A stretch of DNA of 61,199 nucleotides, the filler included, from Sluysia triapertura (Eukaryota), in NCBI GenBank assembly GCA_046118255.1. It is 5 parts of 5 records of this genome, joined end to end, with 100 filler letters (N's around TTAATTAATTAA, not from the genome) between each part and the next. Parts side by side here need not be neighbours in the genome. Positions count along the whole stretch, not along the records: positions 37,675 to 49,048 come from JBJNIA010185446.1; positions 49,149 to 61,199 come from JBJNIA010144054.1; 3 more parts are not named here. One strand, written 5' to 3'. A model generated the notes under the pieces. It had not been told where the DNA came from. It worked only from the letters and a program-made list of their open reading frames with translations, and searched no databases. Positions 40,235 to 52,379 of this stretch are shown here, piece by piece. The translations under genes were made by a program, and so were the position numbers. The stretch's first letter is position 1; the number at the start of each line of letters is the position of its first letter.

Positions 40235-40998
40235 TGCTGTGGTTTTTCTTAATGCTAAACCTGCGGCAAAATAAAATTGAGCAGCGTCCTACAACTAATA
40301 GTTGGCACCTCTGCAGCTTATAATTAAAAAAATCATACTTAAAAAAATCTTACTCTTAAACAATTAACAAAAATCAAATTTATTATTAAAATTTATTATA
40401 TTATTATAATATACTTTATAATAAAAATTTTCTCACAAATCTTTGATTTTAAATTACAATTTTAATGAAAAAATCCTCTCATTATAACGAGGATATAAAA
40501 ATTAATTAAATGAAATATTTTGAGTAGATTTTAATATTTTTATCTTCTCCAAAAAGATAAAAATACCCTACAAAAAACAATTTACTGATAGCATGGAAAA
40601 ATAGAATATCCAGTAAATCCGATTTAATGTGATTGTTTCAAATACCCACAATGAAACTGCAACAAAGAGGTGAATTGATAAATCACCTGATAAATTGATA
40701 TAAAAATGACGATAAGCAGCTAACTAATAAAATAGCGATTTTCATTAAACTGATGCTAGTTTATATACTAATCATCAGCCAATGAAAATCGATGGAATGT
40801 TCTAGAACATTCTAGAAGCTTCTATTCTATTTATAGAAGTAAATTTTCTTTTTTAGAATTTCTATTTTCTTTTTTGGAAAATAATTTTCTTTTTTGAAAA
40901 ATAAATGATTTTTGGATATTTGGAAACTAAAATATTTTTTAAGTGAAAATTTAATAATATTTTTCATAATTTTAGGGGGTTGTGATGGCAACCTAACA
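40235..40998 (-). mobile_element. 5' LTR, HSE-LTR family copy D
   Basis: TGTTAGGTTGCCATCACA...AAAAACCACAGCA followed by the PBS. Contains a 6-pentamer HSE, ATTGG and TATATAAA. Confidence 0.85.
40794..40823. promoter_or_regulatory. Heat shock element array (6 perfect pentamers)
   Basis: gGAAt gTTCt aGAAc aTTCt aGAAg cTTCt, about 25 bp upstream of TATATAAA on the minus strand. Confidence 0.75.
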
Positions 40999-41070
40999 TT
41001 ACTAAGAATTATTTTAGTTAGAAAATAATTAAAGGTTGTAAGGAATTAATGTAATATTAATAATTTAAAT

Positions 41071-41700
41071 ATGTTGGCACAATCTATGACTAAAATTACG
41101 ATAATTTTAGGATTACCTATTTTGAAAACATAAAACTCGGAGTAAAATGGATGTAGAAAAGTGGCCTGATGCATGTCATAATTAATTTGTTAAACAATAT
41201 GGTCAAATTTATCATGAATGAGGATATATTTATATTAAAGCAAATGAATGTGCAGTCTCCAGTAGAAACATTTCATTGATTAATTATCCAACAATTGAAG
41301 AATATCTTGATATTGCGCCAAGGAATTGTTATGGTACTTTTCAGACACATAAAATCAAGTCAAAACAAGAATAATTCTGAAAGCAAAACCAGGTATTATA
41401 ATACAAAAAGAATATTTCTAGTAGGAAGTTTGGCATGTGAATATGGATAAATTTTGGCATAAATATAATAAGATTCGACAAGCATTGGTTATTGATACTT
41501 ATACCATTGAAATTAAGAATAGTAAAGTTGAATTGGACCCGAATAGGAAGGTCATGTTTAAATTTATCAAAGATAATTTACTATGACATGTGTGGAAGAG
41601 CTGTCATTTCAAGAGAGTTTAGAGAAAAATCGATTCGTTGTATAAAACTTTGGTTGGGAGTAGTTTATGACATTTGAAGGGACATAGATTTGTTGAGTAA
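41071..41700 (+). pseudogene. Chuvirus-type glycoprotein N-terminal fragment G2
   Basis: Signal-like MLAQSMTKITIILGLP, then QYGQIYHE*GYIYIKANECAVS..ISLINYPTIEEYLDIAPRNCYGTFQTH...KIRQALVIDTYTIEI. DNA aligns with 49674-50175. Confidence 0.5.
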
Positions 41701-42199
41701 AGTCTGATAGGTTTTAATTTATTATCCAATTCACAATTAGGATCATTAACTACTTTTTAATTAAACTCTCATTTACTTTTCTTATCGGATTATAAAAGTA
41801 TTTAAGAGGTTCTACATGGCTTAATTCATTATTTAACTCAAAAATGAATTCAAGATGCAGCTCAAAAACCATCCCACCACCTACATTTAAATCAAAGACA
41901 CATAAATAGTCTAACATTAATATATATATATATATATATATATATTGTACACTTAGTAAACATTTAATTATTACTTGTAAAATTGTTCAAAGTTTCCTGA
42001 TCACAACCTTTTCTCTTAAAAATCGACACAATTCCGATTGTCCGTGCAAACTTCCAAGAAATAGTAATAATAAAATTCAACTTTAAACTTGCACACAAAG
42101 TAAAAGAGAGAACTTATCTTGCATTAGTACCTTAACAATTTTTGCAATTGTTTTAAAATGACAATCGACAAATATTTAAAATTATCTTCACGTAAATTT

Positions 42200-42392
42200 T
42201 ATAGAGAAGACCAAGGCTCGTTCAGCTATATTATTCACTTTGATACTACACAACTAATCGTACATTTTTATATTGATTGGTCTTTTTCATGAACTCATAT
42301 TAGATGAAACACTCTTAATTGGCTCTCTTTTAAAATATAACTTCAGTTCAGTTTTATAATCACCTAAAATTATACTAGTGGTCTTCTCTATA
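42200..42392. mobile_element. MITE-like element with 14-bp perfect inverted termini
   Basis: TATAGAGAAGACCA ... TGGTCTTCTCTATA, where the outer TA may be the TSD. Confidence 0.6.
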
Positions 42393-44399
42393 TGTCAGAA
42401 GAGGTTCGACTCGGATCACTTGAAATATACAAAAATTTAAAAATAACGTAAAAATTTTAATAAAGTTAATTTTGTTAAAATGAGAATAAAACGTAGACAA
42501 GATACTTCAATACGTATAAAACTGATATAGAAGTGTTCGAATTTTGCTACTTTTATTACTTTTATTAAAACCAAAAAATGAAGGACTTAAGGTCCTTTAA
42601 AAAACATATCATTGAATTGAATAACAGATAAGAATAATTAATTCAATTTATTAAAAAATTAGTATAAACAAAACACCAAATAATTTGTCATAAAAATCAA
42701 AACTGGATAAAATTTGTAACTTTATAAAATTATTGAAACCTGGAACAAAGTAGTATTTCCAACTAAAACCTTGATCGCATAAAGTGATTGCATTCCCGTA
42801 AGTAAAATTCTCGTAAATCCACGGCATTTTGATTTAAACATGAAGCACAAAGATTAGCAATACATGCTCGGGTAAAACTGTAGTGAGATTCTTGATTTTT
42901 TTGAACTAGTTTAGCTGCCTTCCGTTCCTCAGCTTCGCTTTTAGTGTAGAGTAACTTAAAGGCAATTTATTTGGAAAATCATCATCGCACAAAGTCCCGT
43001 TTTTTGAATATCTAAAATAAAAGTAACTTCATTTACATTATCTAAATTACTTAACAAGGCATCATGCAAAGAAATATAAATATACTTTTTAGTATTTACT
43101 TGTCTACAACCCGTGCATTGACATTTTTGTGTGGCTTATTCTTGGCTCTACTCTGTAACATTTATGTTTTTCTTAAAAGTTCATGTGAACTTTTGGTAAG
43201 CATAAAGATATTTCTTCTGAAACACTTTCTGTGGACCCTAATTGACAATAATTAAAATGATAATGTGAATTAATTTTTAGTTTTAAAGAATTTAGTTTTA
43301 TGAATTACCTTTAAATTTTAATATTAAAACAAAAATTAAAAATGATAAAATATTTATAAAATTTCTTTTAAACTTTCTTTGTATTTAAATCTTGTTTTGG
43401 TTATTTTATTTAAATATTCTTTTAATTTTTTTGTCTAAATATTGAAAACATTTGTTTTTATAGGTTCCGTGGATCTTTCAGAAATACTACAATGTTTCGT
43501 GCTACATGACAAATGTATAGTACAACAAAAACAATAAAAATGATAATCACAGTAGGACAGCAAAAATGTGACCCGTAGTGGTGTTATTGGAGATGGGAAC
43601 GATACCATAAAAAGTATTAGATCACATTAAATCAAAAAAGAAAACATATTTGGTTATTATGATTTTAGGGTGATTATATTAATTTTGTTGTAAAATTTTA
43701 TGGTTCGAAGTTTTATGCTTTGAAGTTATGTTAAAAGTGGTAAATTAATAATCTGTTAGCTGAATTTGGCATATGATGGTGTGTTAGTAATAGAAATTGT
43801 TGTTGGAGTTTGCGTATAATTTAGTGTGAGGTTTCAAATATACATTGACCGTATGTGATTGTTTTAAAATTTGTGAAAAGTATCAAAATGTTTTGTTTCT
43901 GAATCGTGTATAGTTTGTGTTTAACAAGATCGTTGTATGTGTCTGTGGCACCACACTAAAGAATTCAAAGGGTACTATTAGAGTTAATAACGGACGTATC
44001 TCAGGAATTAAACAATCTGATATTAAGTTTAAACAAAGCCATCAATAGCAATAAACACCTAATTTGTATTCATTGTTGTAGTATGGGTTGTTTAAGATTA
44101 AAAACTTTTAAATAGATTTTTACATTTTTACGTTTACATTTCATTTAATCATTAAGGCTTACATATTCTTTATCACATTTAATTGTTCGAAAGTTTCTTT
44201 AAAGTTAATTGAATGAATGAAAGTATCTTTTAAATTTAATTAAATAAATGAAACGATTACTATCTAATATTCTATATTTAAAATTTCATTAACAATTAAT
44301 TTTGAAATCCATTTCTTGCGAATCACTTCCTCGATACGTTTTGATCGCAAACTTTTCACGTTTCTAAAATATTAAATAAAAAAACATGATTGTAATAAA

Positions 44400-45539
44400 A
44401 AATATGATGACTTTTAAGTTATGATATTTATTATTTTCCAAAGATGTTCCTTTCAATGACGAAAGGAGTTGTTGAATTCTATGATTGTGGTTAGTTAAAT
44501 GTGACATCCAAGTGAAGTCTTCCATGAGTTCAGCTGCATTATGTGCGTAAATGCAGTTACTGCCATACTTTAAACATTATCCATCTAGTGTCGAAGCATA
44601 CAGACACCAACCAGACTTGAAGTGTCGTGATTGATCATTCAGATCTTATCGTATCATTTGAGTTTTGATAGTAGACGCATGATTTTTAATCATGTTCTCT
44701 TTTAAAGACCATTCTTCAATTATTTCCGGTCTTCTTATTAATTTCATCGACTCAAATTGACATATTTGCAATCGATTATGTTGAATTCGTTTTGTATTTT
44801 CCAACATAATGAAGTCATATTGTAAATTCTTTAATGTCACATTCATATTACTTTTATTAAACAAATAACGCATAATTAATAAATCATTATTGAACTTTAA
44901 ACGTTTGTCAATAATTTCTAATTGGTTTTCATCATCAATAATTAATCTTAAAAGAGTCGTACTTTTCATAAAACTCACAAAATCATTTTATCTTAGTTTC
45001 AAAATTGTTTTTAAATAAAACAAGATAAGGTAATAAATTTACTTCAAACATTCGTTTCAATATATCACATGCATGTTTATCTTTCATAACAGCCCGAATA
45101 TATTCAGCAATAAATTTTTTTAGACCATCGAAATTTTGTTTAATATCAGGTGAAGTTCCTTCAACGCGTGAATTGGGCTGTTCTGAAATTCCTTCAAAAT
45201 ATCTAAAATATATTAAATTTATTAAATAATCTTCTTGACTTCGATTGACATTGTTTCCAACAAAATGTATATTTTTATTTTCTAAATCTTTAATGCCAAC
45301 AAAGTAATCATAGTTAAACTATCTTCATCTAAAACTAAAGGATTAATAGTTAAATCACATCTTTCAGCACTTCTTTTCACATCCTTTGTAAATTCATCTT
45401 GTGCACTGTGGCCATCAGTTATAGCATCAAATCGTAGAGTAATTATTTCAATATTTTCTTTATCATTAATTCCAACATTTGTTGATTCTGTGAGAGCTTT
45501 TAATCTAAGCTCCATGTCGTCATTATTATTAATTGCCAT
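44400..45539 (-). pseudogene. Decayed ORF with C-x9-C-x6-C-x3-H zinc finger (family copy 3)
   Basis: 44606-44541 reads CLYASTLDG*CLKYGSNCIYAH, then NAAEL...NHNHRIQQLL...NLKVIIF. Preceded on the same strand by ORFs 44646-44978 and 45282-45539. Confidence 0.6.
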
Positions 45540-45649
45540 TTGACGATCTAGACTTAAATATTTTCGTATCTTTTAAAATCAATTGCAATATCGTTAAAGC
45601 AAATTTTAATTTTTATGAAACACCAAAAGAGTGATTATAAACTACTGGT

Positions 45650-46400
45650 TAAGTATTAATAATTATCTAGTAAGTACTTTTAACTGTTTTTCGTATTTTC
45701 TTTTTTACTGTTTTGTAACAATATACAGCTGTAATGATAAACTGCGAGATACTGTTCGTAATCATAATAAATAATTGTGATGACAATAAACTATGAACAG
45801 TTTTTAATAATAGATTACCAATAGAAATTATTTGTCTGAATTTTACTATGTCCATGAGGTTGGACGTCCAAGCAAGCAAAAATTACAGTGTAGAAGTAAA
45901 ATTGATTGTATGTTCAATTAATTGCTGTATCAACATTTGGAAAGCTATGTGTTTGTGCGTGATATGAAATGAAAATATCGCTATGAGGCACATTAATAAC
46001 CGTCATCAGTCTACATATTATTTGAAGGTCTTTATTATTATTCTAATGTTATAAAATAATACTTGAATGTTTTAAATGAATTTTTAAATGCGATTTAATG
46101 ATTTTAACTGAAGATACTATATGAGATGTTTTAAATGAATTTTCAATTATACATTGATGTTTTTGAATAAGGTAAAGTTTGGATGTTAGAAGATTGTAAT
46201 TTGAAACTATATTGAAAGGGGAATAGTTTAGTGGATGTGAAGAAGATAAATTATAGCCTAGGTTTGGGTACATTCGAAAAGGTATGATTTCGATTATGTT
46301 TTAATGAATTTTTAAAATGTATATTGTAGATCCTGCAGATGAATGTAGTTTTATGTGATGTTAGAATAAAATTTGTCGCAGTTATAGGTTGGCCACCACA
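45650..46400 (-). mobile_element. TGTGGTGGCCAAC-family LTR-like repeat
   Basis: Terminus at 46400 with a G-poor strand. The inner boundary is approximate. Confidence 0.5.
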
Positions 46401-48978
46401 AACCAGTTTTTAAGAGAAACATAAACTGGTCATATCTAACCTAACTAAGACAAGAAATTGTCAAAATTTTAACACTAGAAGAAAAGACATTGGAAGATCT
46501 AAATGAATTTCCTTAAAACCATATTAAACTCATATTATACAATACAAAGATCCATGGAAATGCTTCGAAATTCTTTAAACATATCACATGTAACTCAAAT
46601 GTCAGTTCAAATCAAATAAACTCAATTAAATTTCCATTAAAACAAAAAATGTTATTACAAATTTGAGTAATCTCATGCCAAGTTGATTTGCCAAATTTCG
46701 ATGTTTATTTTTAAAGCAATTCGTTAAGTGCTACGTGCGATTATATTTTATAAAGTTTTTACTATTAAAAGCTTTTGTTATATGAATACGAATGATTTTC
46801 TATCTTATTTTTATTGCGATGTAAAATAGGTGTAACATTGCCTTACAAAATTAAAGTTAAAATTACTTCGTTTAATCCAAAGTCATTAAATTTCAAATTA
46901 CTTTAAAAGAAATATTAAATATGTTTAAGCATGACATAGGAATGGCTATCGGAATTGAAATAAATTTCTTAAATGTTAGATTAACCGGTAGTAAAATAAA
47001 TAGCTATCTTCTTCAACTATTCAAATCTAGAATATATTGAACAAAATTTATTTATATCATGATAAAAAGGACCTTATATATCAACTTAGAATTTGATCTT
47101 AAGACAGTTCACTTAGAATTTTATTACAAAGAAATGTGAAATTAAATTTTCTTATAGTTTTCAATTAATCATAATTACGAACCATTATCGAAATGACCAA
47201 TGATACGGTGACAAATATAAGTTAAAGGCCAATAACTTTAAAGTCTCTAACACGATTTATAAGAGTAATAGTTTTGTTATAAGCTCCATATATTCAAGAA
47301 AATTTGAAATTATCTAAAAATTTAATATTCCTCAGTTAATACCTCACTTTCTAGATATTCCATATTTTATTTTAACTACTATTTATCTCTGTCGACGGAT
47401 CATTTTCTGGACACATAGGCTTTTGTACATCCAAAACATCCAGAAAAATTAATATACGTCCCTAAAAACTTTTATCCGCGCTAAACCACTCATATGTTCA
47501 AGTTAAACCATACCCGGAGATTGGAATATGATTTAGCTTGAATAGAACTACCTATTTTCATTCAGTTTTTTATTATAATGACAAGCCGCCTTTTCATATT
47601 TCTGGATTTAGTAAATTTCACAGACTTATTTTATATCACTATTGATGATTTGCTTGCAAAATAAAAATAAGCAAATATTTAAAGTTTTTCACTAAATTTA
47701 TCATTATTTTTTTTGTAATCAATTTTTACAAAAAAAATTCATTACAAATATTTATCAATTCAAATTATCATAATTTATGAAAAACAAAATATATGTATGC
47801 ATACATAACTATAAATAGATTAAATATAAGTAGGGTAACAAAATTAACAAAATAATATATTAAAAATTATTGTATTTTTTAGGAAAAGCAAATATATTTT
47901 TGGATAAAATTTAGTTACTTTTAAGTATAAGTAAAATAATTTTTATAAATATTTCATAATTTGATTAATAGTTCCTAGAGAATTTATATCTTAGTTAATA
48001 AAATTTAACTCAAAATAAAACAAATTAATTATAAGTTGGTTTGAGCTTGTTTTAAAATTTGAATATTAAACCAATTAATAACAGAGGTGGTTTCAAAACA
48101 AATACTAAACATATTCTAGAAAAGACAGTTTTATCAGATTCTTATTTGATATTTTGATTAATCCGATTGTAGAAACTCCATAAATCAGAAAATTTATATT
48201 GATTAATTTGATATAAATATAGATTTGACAGCTATTTTTCACTGTTATAAAATATATTAGTGAAATAATGATAGAACAATGATTGATTTATCATATCTGT
48301 ATTTAAGTCGTTGAAATCTAATGGAACAAAAGGGAAGAGAGTTATCTATTCGAAATTATTGAAGAGGTACCTAAAAATAATTGTACGTAAATGTATTAAA
48401 GAAAGAGTTCTCCAGTAAAAATAAGGTTTTAGTATGATAGATTTTTAACCTTATATGGGCCGAATTTTTAAGTTGCTAGTGTTGCCAACCCTCATCAATA
48501 TTGTTATTAAGATGTGTAGATCATCTTGTGCAACAAATAAAACTAACTCGTAAAAAGTGGATCATTTACTTTGTCACCAGAAGTTACATGGGATTGTTTA
48601 GGGTTAAATTAAATTTAGTAGACGTTAAACAAGCAATATAAATAAGGTATTATAATGCTTGTAGTTTATGTAATAGAAAAACTATGGCTCGAAGTTTTAC
48701 ATTTTTAGAAGAACTAAATATTTTTTACTATTGATAGTGAACCTAAATAATTAAAAGTTTTGATGTTACAAAGTTGTTTAATCATATTTATTTTGATTTT
48801 GAAAGGTTAAAGCTTTTGATAATAGTATTATTTTATTTGAAAATAAAATATCAAATATTTATTAAGTCGTTACAAGGATATATGACTTTAAGCTATAAAT
48901 TTTATAACACTGCAATTCAATTAACGTTTATGTTATTCTAGTATTTACGCTACAATAACAATGCGTGCTCTTGTCAAA

Positions 48979-49048
<70 letters not shown>

Positions 49049-49673
49049 NNNNNNNNNNNNNNNNNNNNNNNNNNNNNNNNNNNNNNNNNNNNTTAATTAA
49101 TTAANNNNNNNNNNNNNNNNNNNNNNNNNNNNNNNNNNNNNNNNNNNNTGTCTTTATTTTGTTTAAATTACAAAATTAAAACCCTGTTTATTCTCTAATA
49201 ATGATAATACAAATTATTCTTTAATAAAAAAACGTCTTTGATTATAAACTTCAAAAGTATAAATCTTTTAATATTAATAAATCACTACCAGGGGTGACAT
49301 ACTTATCTTAGTAGATGTTGATGGTTACTAACCCTTTTACTTAGAAGTCCTAAAGTGTTTATTTTGGCTGATTGCTAAAGAATAAACTTCAGTTTCACTG
49401 TTATTCACAGATGAATTGAAGCAGCGTCCCTAAAGCTGAAAGGTTTTCGGTTTCTTTATTGTTTTTCCCTAATCTTGTCTTGTTATTTTGTTTCTGATTT
49501 TCTGCAAAAGTGACTGCTTAAATAACAGTTTTACGATCATTTGGGAAATAGAAAATGGGAAATTGAAACTGACCTTTCTTTTTTAGTTGGTGATAAGACG
49601 ACCAATTTTACTGACTGAATTTCAATTGCAATTTCCGCCTGTGTCCAGTATTATTATTATTATTACTCTAATT

Positions 49674-49839
49674 ATGTTGGCACAATTTATGACTATAATC
49701 ACAATAATTTTAGGATTACCGGCTTCACAACCTATTAAGGAAAATAATGAATGTAGAAAAATGTCCTGATGCGAATTCAGATAAATTTATTAAACAATAT
49801 GATCAAATCTATTAAGAGGGAAGATATATTTATACTAAA

Positions 49840-49882
<43 letters not shown>

Positions 49883-50175
49883 GTTTCCAGAAAAAGATAA
49901 ATTAGGTGATGCGGACATAACAGTCATATTTCATTAATTAAACAACTAACAATATACTAACAAAATATACCAATATACCAACAATACCAAAAAATTGATA
50001 CAAATACATTCCAAACTCATGAAATGCAAATTCTTAAAATCCAGGTATAACAGGAAAATTTGTAGTGTAAAGTTTAACTTATGATGGTTCTTCTAAATCT
50101 GGAGAATTTCGGTATAAAGTAAATAAGATTCAACAAGCATTAGTTATTGATACTTATAATATTGAAATTGTAATG
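49674..50175 (+). pseudogene. Chuvirus-type glycoprotein N-terminal fragment G3, interrupted by (AT)n
   Basis: MLAQFMTIITIILGLP signal, then AVSRKR*IR*CGHNSHISLI (49910-49939; compare the CGMHSHxS motif) and YDGSSKSGEFRYKVNKIQQALVIDTYNIEI. Confidence 0.55.
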
Positions 50176-52238
50176 ACTGTAAATTTAACATAAATTTTTA
50201 TTGGCATTTTTATTGATATTATTAACTGAAAAAAGAACATAATATTTTTATTGCCAGTAATAAGTATTTCACAATTAATAAAAACTTTTTGTTATGAATG
50301 TTATATGAACTATATTTTTATACTTTATTACAAATCTTATTTGATAAAAATTTAATAATTTTAGTGTATTTTACAAAAATTTAATACTTTACTTATTATC
50401 ACTTGGATTTCTTTTAATTAATTATTTTTCGCTTTGTTGCTTTATCTCATGGATTTTATTACTCGTATATAAATACGCAACAAATAAAACAAAATCAGAA
50501 CCGTTTAAGAATTGTTTCATCTAATGTTTCCCAATTAATTGCAAATACAACTTTATGAGAATCATGTATTCTAATCTTTAATTTATCTTTAATTAATATC
50601 TTTAAGCCGAAGTATTTCATAAAAACTTCATATGCGTTTCAAATACAACAGGAGGGTATCTAAATCGATTTTATATTTTTGCCAAAAATTTTCATATTTT
50701 TAAAATTAACACTTTTGGTTTTGTTGGGATTGCCCTCTATGGATCAGGAGATGAGTGAGAAACTTACAGAACTATAAAATGAAGGAAGAACTGATTCAAA
50801 GTGATGGAATAAACATTATAAACATTGTTGGAATAAGAATCATGAAAATTAAAACATTTAAAATATTGTTAACAGCTGAAGAATACCTTGGATTTCCAAA
50901 AACCTATATAAGGTGTTGAGACCTTGTGGAAGCTTGAGAATGCTTACATATAGAAATTACATATAGAAATTGCATATAGTTAAATTACATATACAAACAA
51001 AACGATTTACACACCGATTCTGTATACACTTTAAATTCCTTTTATTCATGAAATTAATGTAAAAAGTTACAAGAGCCGTTTGTTTTTTATGTGTTTTTAT
51101 TTTTTCATTCTTATTATTTTTGATTGTTTTAAGAAACATCAATGATGAAATCTAATTTAACAAAACTATCAAAATGGTAAATCAATGGTGACATGGCCGG
51201 TGTACATTTAAGCGTTAAATGTTAACGATAATAGATTTATTAACAACATAAAATTTTGGGAGAGAAAATTCGTTAGAATAAGAAAGATAAACAATCTTAC
51301 ATAAGAAAGTTACTTTGAAGTTGTTTTGAAGTTACTTTGAATATGAGAGTTGTGCACGCTGGATGATGATTTATCTCGATGGCCGTGGAACTATATTTAC
51401 AAAACCCCTTTGGAACAAAGAACACAAGATCTGCATTTAGGATCAATTCATACTTATCTTGCTTTGAGTAAGAAACATTATCTAAATACTTGATATTAAC
51501 TAGGTTCATAATGCATTTGAAGGCATCATCATATTTCTTTATAACTTGATAAACATTATCCATGATGAATTTAAAGGCATTATATTCTTTCTTATAACTT
51601 TGTCGGATTTAGAACTGATTAACTTTAGAATTTAGAACTGAATTATTGGAACTGATTAATTTTACATTTCACTCAAATTATGATCATATATTTTAAATAT
51701 TTTATATTTAATTAACTATCTTATTTATTTTATTTATTTATTCTGACTTTGATATTTCATTATATTATTATTATAAAAATAATTAAATGAAACATAAAAA
51801 TATTATTACAAAAATAAAAAAATTAAATATAATAAAAATATTATTTTAAATAATCAATATAAGCATTATTTGTTTGAATATATTGATTGGCCAATTAAAA
51901 TCAAAATGGAGGATACTAGTATTTAAGAAGAAATTATTCTGATCAAATACGCAAGAAAATCTAATCAAAGTTACACAAGAAAATAACCGTTACGATTTAA
52001 AATTTTTGAAATTGTTTCACTGTTCCATGATAAAGTAATTTTTTGTTAAATACCCTAATTGTAATATAATAGGGTTCTTAAAATAGTACTTAACATCTTT
52101 TTCAATTGTCCTAGACCGTTAACTTCAGTTAAAATTTTGATTTTTTCATACATAAGCAGTAACCTTAAGGTATTAAAACAATTATCATTATTATATTTGT
52201 TAATTCTATTGCTAAGTATTTACGTTTAAGTTTTAAGA

Positions 52239-52274
<36 letters not shown>

Positions 52275-52379
52275 GATAAAAATAAAACTAAGAAGAAACC
52301 TAAAGGAACTTTAAAAAGTAATTCATTAGAAAGATTTGTAATGGCTGTATGTCTCAGTTGATCCAGAATATTAAACCAA

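Noticed and set aside
40999-41070. LTR D acting as a 3' LTR with G2 as an antisense env
   Set aside because: No polypurine tract next to the LTR 5' end, and a PBS follows its 3' end.
50630-50900. XPD/DDX11 helicase C-terminal remnant
   Set aside because: Only scattered weak motifs (EGI.IDF, LLGLP) across frames, not supportable by eye.
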